In this document: one piece after another, positions 30,934-32,000 of the stretch
Layout: every line of letters starts with the position of its first letter
How positions within the stretch are numbered: position 1 is the first letter of the stretch
Notes under the pieces: generated by a model
The model's database searches: none
What the model saw: the letters and a program-made list of their open reading frames with translations, nothing else
What the model was told of the DNA's origin: nothing
Position numbers and translations under genes: made by a program
NCBI RefSeq assembly: GCF_000015225.1
Contig: NC_008698.1
Span: 720,001 to 752,000 of the forward strand
Source: Thermofilum pendens Hrk 5
Lineage (GTDB): Archaea; Thermoproteota; Thermoprotei; Thermofilales; Thermofilaceae
DNA length: 32,000 nucleotides
Reading direction: 5' to 3'

Positions 30934-32000
30934 ATGTACCTCGATAAGTTCGAGGAGAGGATGCTCGAAGGTGAGCTCGGAGAGGCTGTAGCCCTCGCTA
31001 TGAGGATAGTTGTGAAGATTGCGGAGATCTTCTCCGCCGAAAGGCTCGTGAAGATTAAGCATGCACACGTCTCCGGGGTTTCCTACGAGAACATAGGAGA
31101 CGAGGGGTTAGAGTTCTTGGAGGGGCTCGCCGCTAAGGGCGGGAGATTCTCCGTCCCTACAACCGTGAATCCCGGCGCTGTAGACCTGGAACTGTGGAGG
31201 AAGATGGGCGTAGACGAGTCGTATGTGGAGAAACAGCTCAGGATAGTGGGCGCGTTTAGAAGGATGGGGGCGAAGGTTACCTTGACGTGCACCCCCTACC
31301 TCTACGAGGACATTTCCCCGGGTGACCACCTCGCGTGGTCTGAAAGCAACGCGGTGCTCTTCGCGAACAGCGTTATCGGCGCCAGGACGAACAGGGATGG
31401 GGGACCACTAGCACTGATGGAGGCTATAGCCGGGCGGGCACCCCTCTCGGGGTTGCACCTCGACGAGAACAGGAGACCGTCCCTCGTGGTGGACTTCTCG
31501 GAGAGCTCGAGGTACATCGCGGAAAACGGACTTTTCTCCGTCGCCGGGCTCATCGTGGGCAGGCTCGCCGGGAACCGTGTCCCCCTGGTCCGCGGGCTCG
31601 GCCTACAGAGAAAAGACGTAGAGGAATTAAAGCTCTTTCTGGCGGCAGTCGGAGCCACCGGGGGGACCGGGATGGTTCTCATAGATGGAGTTTCGCCCGA
31701 AGCCCCCGGGGACATGCCAGGAGAGGTTGAGAAAATCGGCGTGGACGACGTCAAGGCGGAGTTAGAGAAGTACGGGGGCTCCGGGTGGGATGCAGTCGTG
31801 CTCGGGTGCCCACATCTGAGCTACGAGGAGGTTGCGTCTATCATTGAATGGTTCGAGAGAAAAGGTAGGCCCAGGTCCCGGGTGTACCTCTACACGAGCA
31901 GGGAGGTTGCCTCGAGGCTTCGAAGCGACCGCCTAGAAAAGCTGAATATACACTTGTTCGCCGATACGTGCATGGTGGTTTCCAACCTAGGGGCGTACGC
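30934..32000 (+). CDS. aconitase X (AcnX/DUF521) large subunit, candidate phosphomevalonate dehydratase subunit; 3' end lies outside the window
   Basis: Hand translation from ATG 30934 gives 'MYLDKFEERMLEGELGEAVALAMRIVVKIAEIF..HAHVSGVSYENIGDEGLEFL..WSESNAVLFANSVIGARTNRDGGPLALMEAIAGRAP..'. The frame stays open to the window end, so it is absent from the ORF track. The TATA-like gttaaagt lies ~30 nt upstream. Confidence 0.85.
   Translation, partial: MYLDKFEERMLEGELGEAVALAMRIVVKIAEIFSAERLVKIKHAHVSGVSYENIGDEGLEFLEGLAAKGGRFSVPTTVNPGAVDLELWRKMGVDESYVEKQLRIVGAFRRMGAKVTLTCTPYLYEDISPGDHLAWSESNAVLFANSVIGARTNRDGGPLALMEAIAGRAPLSGLHLDENRRPSLVVDFSESSRYIAENGLFSVAGLIVGRLAGNRVPLVRGLGLQRKDVEELKLFLAAVGATGGTGMVLIDGVSPEAPGDMPGEVEKIGVDDVKAELEKYGGSGWDAVVLGCPHLSYEEVASIIEWFERKGRPRSRVYLYTSREVASRLRSDRLEKLNIHLFADTCMVVSNLGAY

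Noticed and set aside
30784-31068. 94-aa minus-strand ORF
   Set aside because: It covers a promoter region and the 5' end of the AcnX gene in antisense, and has no coding-like features.
1-32000. CRISPR arrays, rRNA genes and IS elements
   Set aside because: By-eye scanning found no regularly spaced direct repeats of 24-40 nt, no rRNA-like conserved blocks and no transposase-like ORFs or terminal inverted repeats. A computational repeat search was not possible.

Overview
This is a gene-dense, visibly GC-rich archaeal chromosomal window. Everything here is hand translation and motif recognition; I ran no searches and no statistics. Several features point to a hyperthermophilic crenarchaeote (Thermoproteota): a class I LysRS, a tRNA with a canonical 37/38 intron, indolepyruvate:ferredoxin oxidoreductase, an AcnX-type dehydratase, AT-rich BRE/TATA-like boxes about 25-35 nt upstream of starts, many GTG/TTG starts and near-leaderless genes. 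I cannot name the genus without a database search. I support 28 protein-coding genes and one tRNA-Thr(CGU). Two of the genes run off the window edges, so they are missing from the ORF track.

The housekeeping genes are pgk, a PAC2-like gene followed by hsp20, iorAB, a geranylgeranyl-reductase-family flavoprotein, lysS, a GH57 glucan enzyme with glycogen synthase, an amidohydrolase and AcnX. There is no CRISPR array, no rRNA and no recognisable transposase or integrase.

Four regions deserve a second look:
- A tightly packed minus-strand module at 30758->26770. It encodes a 927-aa envelope protein that fuses a propeller-like/Ig-like ectodomain, a CxxC glutaredoxin-like module and a CcdA/DsbD-type membrane core. 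A KaiC-like ATPase and an HTH/coiled-coil protein follow it.
- An approximately 4-kb islet of orphan genes between lysS and tRNA-Thr. It holds a small membrane protein, a 529-aa coiled-coil protein without a P-loop, a 470-aa orphan, and the only large non-coding gap in the window (462 nt, rich in palindromes and hairpins).
- A translationally coupled trio at 10978->8202: a small protein with a possible SecB-like fold, an NPPY-containing protein and an amidohydrolase. An orphan single-domain T2SSF membrane protein follows it.
- A wHTH-membrane fusion regulator with an inverted-repeat operator candidate.

Many long ORFs in the track are antisense shadows of real genes, and I rejected them.
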